A stretch of 64,000 bases of DNA, taken from positions 14,214-78,213 of the forward strand of contig CAWDKN010000058.1 in assembly GCA_963802815.1 (NCBI GenBank), in the 5' to 3' direction. The notes beneath the pieces are model-generated. The model made no database searches. It was given only the letters and a program-made list of their open reading frames with translations, and was not told the origin of the DNA. Position 1 is the stretch's first letter. Every line of letters starts with the position of its first letter. The position numbers and the translations under genes are program-made. Shown here one piece after another: positions 60,402 through 64,000 of the stretch. The stretch is from an uncultured Alphaproteobacteria bacterium. Lineage in GTDB: Bacteria; Pseudomonadota; Alphaproteobacteria; Micropepsales; Micropepsaceae.

Positions 60402-60875
60402 TTACAACGGAAACACCAGCGAATTTCGCATCAAGGCGGAATCGCAGACCGCGATGCGCGCCTTGAACTTCAGCGCTCCGTCCTCTCGCGTGATCAGATC
60501 ACGATAGCGCCCCGCGGCGAAGGCGACGGTCTGGGCGCCGGCGAGCGTCTCGAAGATCGCAAAATTCGCGCTGGCGTGGATATCATGGCCGTCCGGCGCA
60601 ATCGACAGACCCGAATAGAGATGGCGCACGCGGCGTGGAATGGTCAGCGACAGGTTCTCGATGGCGTAGACACGGTCTTCGATGGCGGCGCGCGAATCGC
60701 AATGCATCAGCGCAAGCGCCCAGCCGCGCTCCTGGTTCTCCTGCGTCACCGCGCGATAGACGGCGTCCTCGACGAAAAGCTGTGGCCATTCGGCGAGGGG
60801 GCCTTCGTCGAGCAGCTGGACCGAGCGCGCGTAGAGCGCGTCGATCTCCAGGCGAAGCTTGAGATCCTCGCTCAC
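60402..60875 (-). CDS. Aromatic ring-hydroxylating oxygenase beta subunit
   Basis: GTGA overlap with alpha; WPQLFVEDAVY...ENQERG...DRV...GRYRD...CDS..LVFPL. Confidence 0.88.
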   Translation of the reverse strand: MSEDLKLRLEIDALYARSVQLLDEGPLAEWPQLFVEDAVYRAVTQENQERGWALALMHCDSRAAIEDRVYAIENLSLTIPRRVRHLYSGLSIAPDGHDIHASANFAIFETLAGAQTVAFAAGRYRDLITREDGALKFKARIAVCDSALMRNSLVFPL

Positions 60876-62103
60876 AGTCCCATCACCGAACGGTAATAGC
60901 CGTAGAAGGCGCGGATCGCGGTCTCGGTCACGATGTGATCGTGGTCTTCCCGGCCGCGTCCGCCCATCTCGACCACGGCGGAGTTGTTCTCGTTGCAATG
61001 GATGCCGCGCTGGGCGAGATCCATGACTTCGCTGTCGTCGAGAGACACGAAGCCGGCGGGCCCCATCAGATTGGCGTGGCGCACGCGTCGCTGCTGCATG
61101 GCGGCGTCGTCGTCCGCATAGCCGAAGAATGTCCAGACGAGATCGAAGGCTTCCGGTCCGACCGGCACGATCTGGCGCGTGGCGAGCGTATTGGCCTGCT
61201 GCTGCACGATCAGGTTCGGCCAGATCGTCTGCATCACCACCGTCGCGGGGTCCGAAACTCCTTGACGATGTCGAGGAGCCGCGGATCGCGCAGCTCGAGC
61301 TTCTCGCGGAAGGACGACATCTCCTGCGTGGCCGCCGACGCGGCCCGGTCGCCGCCGCGCCGCGAGATCAGCGCGCTGTGCCGGCCGGTCGAGTCCATCT
61401 CGGTGCGCGAGGGATTGTCGGCGCGGAACAGCCCGAAGGTGACGAGGAACACGTGGAGCAGGCTCGCGTGATAGGGATCCTTGATGTTCTCGAACATCAG
61501 CTTCCAGTTCGCGGGGATGCGCTGGCGCGAGACGCCAACGATGCGCAATGTCTTGCCGTTGAAGACGCGGTCGAACAGCACCAGCATCTTCTCGCCGAGA
61601 TAGGCCTCGAGCGGCTCGATGTCTTCCGCCTCGGTCGCGAAGATCACGCCGTGCCGCTTCGTCACGCGGAGCGACGTCAGGCTGTGCGCCTCTCGCGTGA
61701 AATCCTCCGGCATGCCGCCATGGCCGTCGACGCCGCGAATGAAGGGCACGCCCGACAACGCACCGTCGAGACGGTAGGTCCATTGGTGATAGGGGCATTG
61801 GAAGGTGCGCGTGGTGCCGTAGTCCTGGCGGCAGACTTCGAGGCCGCGATGGGCGCACTGGTTCTTCAGGACATGGATCGCGTTGTCCTTGTCGCGCACG
61901 ACAATGACCGAGGTCTCCCCGATGCGGCTGCGCTTGTAATCGCCCGCGTTCGGAATTTCCGCCTCGAGGCCGACATAATTCCACGACTTGCCGCCGAAGA
62001 CGCTTTTCAGTTCCTCGGCGTAGATGTCCTTGTCGGTGTAGATCCAGTAGGGCACGCGGTGGGTGCCGTTGGTCGTCCATCGGCGATCGCTGTCAACGCT
62101 CAT
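60872..62103 (-). CDS. Rieske oxygenase alpha subunit, salicylate 5-hydroxylase/anthranilate dioxygenase-like (frameshift near 61250)
   Basis: CAHRG...CPYHQW Rieske motif, NWKLMFENIKDPYHASLLH iron site, ANLMGPAGFVSLDD. Confidence 0.9.
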
Positions 62104-62120
62104 GTAATGCTCCGACGTTC

Positions 62121-62221
62121 ATCATCACCCGGCGCGCGAACAGCGCGTCCGGGTGACCCAATTGTGTTTCAGAAAGAAAATTGGGTCGCCCGGACCGGCT
62201 ACCCGCCGGCCGGGCGATGAC
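62121..62221. repeat. REP-like inverted doublet (GTCAT family)
   Basis: ATCATCACCCGG...CCGGGTGACCCAA and TTGGGTCGCCCGG...CCGGGCGATGAC. Confidence 0.7.
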
Positions 62222-62254
62222 GGAAATATTAGGGAAATTTGCTCCCATGACCCC

Positions 62255-63142
62255 CTACAGCCCCGTTCGAGCCAGCACGTCGTCGAGACGCTTTTCCAGC
62301 GCCGCCGAAGCCGGCTTCATCGGCAGGCGATGCTCGTTGCGCGCGATGACGCCAGTTTTCTTCAGCATGTATTTCAGCGGAATGGGATTGGTGTCGAAGA
62401 AGATCGCGCGCGAGATCTCGAACAGCTTGAAGTGCAGCGTACGCGCCTGTTCCAGCTCTTCGGCTTCGACGGCGCGGGCGAGATCGGCGACGCTTTTGGG
62501 ATCGAGATTGGCGACCGCGTTCATCATGCCTATGGCGCCGACCGCCATCATCGGCAGGCAGAGATCCTCGAGGCCCGCAAAGATGCGGAAATCCCGGCCG
62601 AGATCGTTGAGCAGCTCGGTGACGAGGCCGAGATCGGTCGCGGCGTGCTTGACGCCGACGAGGTTGTCACAGCGCGACCTGATCGCGCGGAAGGTCGAAG
62701 CATCCATCGATACGCCGGCGCGGCCGGGGATGTGATAGACCATCGCCGGCGTCTTCAGCCGCGACATCACTTCGATGAAATAGGCTTCGAGGCCCGCCTG
62801 CGACGGCTTGATGTAATAGGGCGTGACGATCAGCTGGGCATCGGCGCCGGCGCGCTCGGCGAATTGCGACAGCGCCAGCGTCTCGGCGAGCGATTGCGAA
62901 CCGGTTGCGGCCACGACCGGGATGCGGCCCTTCGCAGCTTTGACGGCGAAGCCGACGACCTCGTTGCGCTCCTCGACCGTGAGCGTGCTGGGCTCCGCCG
63001 TCGTGCCGTTGACGAGGATGCCGTGGCTGCCGCCTTCGATCTGGCGCTCGATCAGGCGGCCATAGGTTTCCAGATCGATCGCGCCGTCCTTGAACGGCGT
63101 GATCAGCGGCGGGAACGAACCCTTGAGCCAGGAGATATTCAC
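62255..63142 (-). CDS. DHDPS/NAL-family aldolase (HpaI-like rather than DapA)
   Basis: GSFPPLITPF, GGSHG..GTTAEP, GVKHA Schiff-base Lys; aromatic-catabolism context. Confidence 0.8.
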   Translation of the reverse strand: MNISWLKGSFPPLITPFKDGAIDLETYGRLIERQIEGGSHGILVNGTTAEPSTLTVEERNEVVGFAVKAAKGRIPVVAATGSQSLAETLALSQFAERAGADAQLIVTPYYIKPSQAGLEAYFIEVMSRLKTPAMVYHIPGRAGVSMDASTFRAIRSRCDNLVGVKHAATDLGLVTELLNDLGRDFRIFAGLEDLCLPMMAVGAIGMMNAVANLDPKSVADLARAVEAEELEQARTLHFKLFEISRAIFFDTNPIPLKYMLKKTGVIARNEHRLPMKPASAALEKRLDDVLARTGL

Positions 63143-64000
63143 GACGCGACGAGCTCCGCGCGGTTGGTGTCAAATCCGGTCTGGGCGCCGAGCAGAGCAG
63201 GCGGCGCGGCCAGGGACTCTTGCCACAAAAGCGATTCCTGCCAGATGTGGAACGGCTGGTCCTGGATGGTCAGCTCATAGACCGGACCCTGGTCGTGCGA
63301 GGCGTGATTGTGGATCGCCCAGCCGGGCGCCGATAGCATCAGGTCCCCCGCGGCCCATTCGTAGTGCTTGCCCGCGACGCGGCTGTAGCCCGCGCCGCTG
63401 AAGTAATAGTTGATCGCCGCCGAGGCGTGGCGATGCGGGCGGTCGATGATGTTGGGCGGACGCACCGTCATGGTCGCGAAGAAGCTCGGGGTCGTGCCGT
63501 TGGTGCGGCCGGTCATCGGATTGTAAAGAAGATAGAGACGCCGCCCGCGATAGGCCGCGCCGAGCGCAGTCAGCTTGTCGAGCTCGTTTTTTACTTTCGT
63601 CCACTGCCAGTGATAGGAGCGCGACTCGACCGCGGGCGGGTTGATCAGTCGCTCATACGTCATCAGCCAGGGCTCGCCTTCGGCGATCTGGAACAGGTCG
63701 CGGATCTTCGCCGGGCTCTGGCCGTGTCCGCCGCCCTTCTCCGCATCGGGAATGATGCCGGTCGCCTTCTTGTCCTCGACCAGATGAACATTGAGGAGAC
63801 GCAGCAGCGCCGCATTAGAATAGGTAAGCCGCACATGCGGCTTGTTCGAGTTGTTCTCGTAGGAGATGGACGACCAGGACGGCACGTTCCAGACGTCGTA
63901 GCGCTCGAAGCTCCGCGGTTCGCCCGCGATGGTCGCTCGCCCCGCGCCTTCGATGCAGAACCCCACCTCGGTGGCATTGTGGCGATAAGTCTTGGTGCGC
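63139..64000 (-). CDS. Bicupin ring-cleavage dioxygenase (gentisate 1,2-dioxygenase-like), 5' part outside the window
   Basis: RHNATEVGF and RPHRHASAAINY...APGWAIHNH cupin motifs; LLYNPMTG. Confidence 0.75.
   Translation of the reverse strand, partial: RTKTYRHNATEVGFCIEGAGRATIAGEPRSFERYDVWNVPSWSSISYENNSNKPHVRLTYSNAALLRLLNVHLVEDKKATGIIPDAEKGGGHGQSPAKIRDLFQIAEGEPWLMTYERLINPPAVESRSYHWQWTKVKNELDKLTALGAAYRGRRLYLLYNPMTGRTNGTTPSFFATMTVRPPNIIDRPHRHASAAINYYFSGAGYSRVAGKHYEWAAGDLMLSAPGWAIHNHASHDQGPVYELTIQDQPFHIWQESLLWQESLAAPPALLGAQTGFDTNRAELVAS

Noticed and set aside
62255-63142. dapA (lysine biosynthesis)
   Set aside because: The GGSHG/GTTAEP pattern and aromatic-catabolism context favour an HpaI-like or hydratase-aldolase role.

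Overview
GC-rich alphaproteobacterial chromosome segment (Caulobacterales/Micropepsales-like gene content; inference) with about 60 genes and no rRNA, tRNA, CRISPR array or transposase seen. Main blocks: catabolic enzymes (Zn-dehydrogenase, amidase, luciferase-like monooxygenase, acyl-CoA synthetase); a TetR-HlyD-ABC efflux operon; GT2, CHAP, kup, rlmI and psd-pssA; a TetR/TonB-receptor/FumI-like aminotransferase/PfkB kinase/class II aldolase cluster; a transglutaminase/circularly permuted ATP-grasp/DUF2126 operon; the cbb3 oxidase ccoNOQP-GHIS cluster with two perfect FNR boxes; a TonB receptor plus acid phosphatase behind a Pho box; and an aromatic-degradation cluster (Rieske oxygenase, HpaI-like aldolase, cupin). 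About 11 genes carry single-base frameshifts, most likely sequencing errors. Most notable observations: (1) a nested set of miniature inverted-repeat elements with 7-bp target duplications inserted into REP-like hairpins, whose empty versions occur elsewhere in the window (32428-32877); (2) a probably co-regulated transaminate-phosphorylate-aldol-cleave pathway built around a FumI-like enzyme, possibly for sphingoid bases or amino-polyols (21611-27831); (3) a LexA-box promoter with no obvious gene next to a repeat-bounded small ORF (28170-28879).
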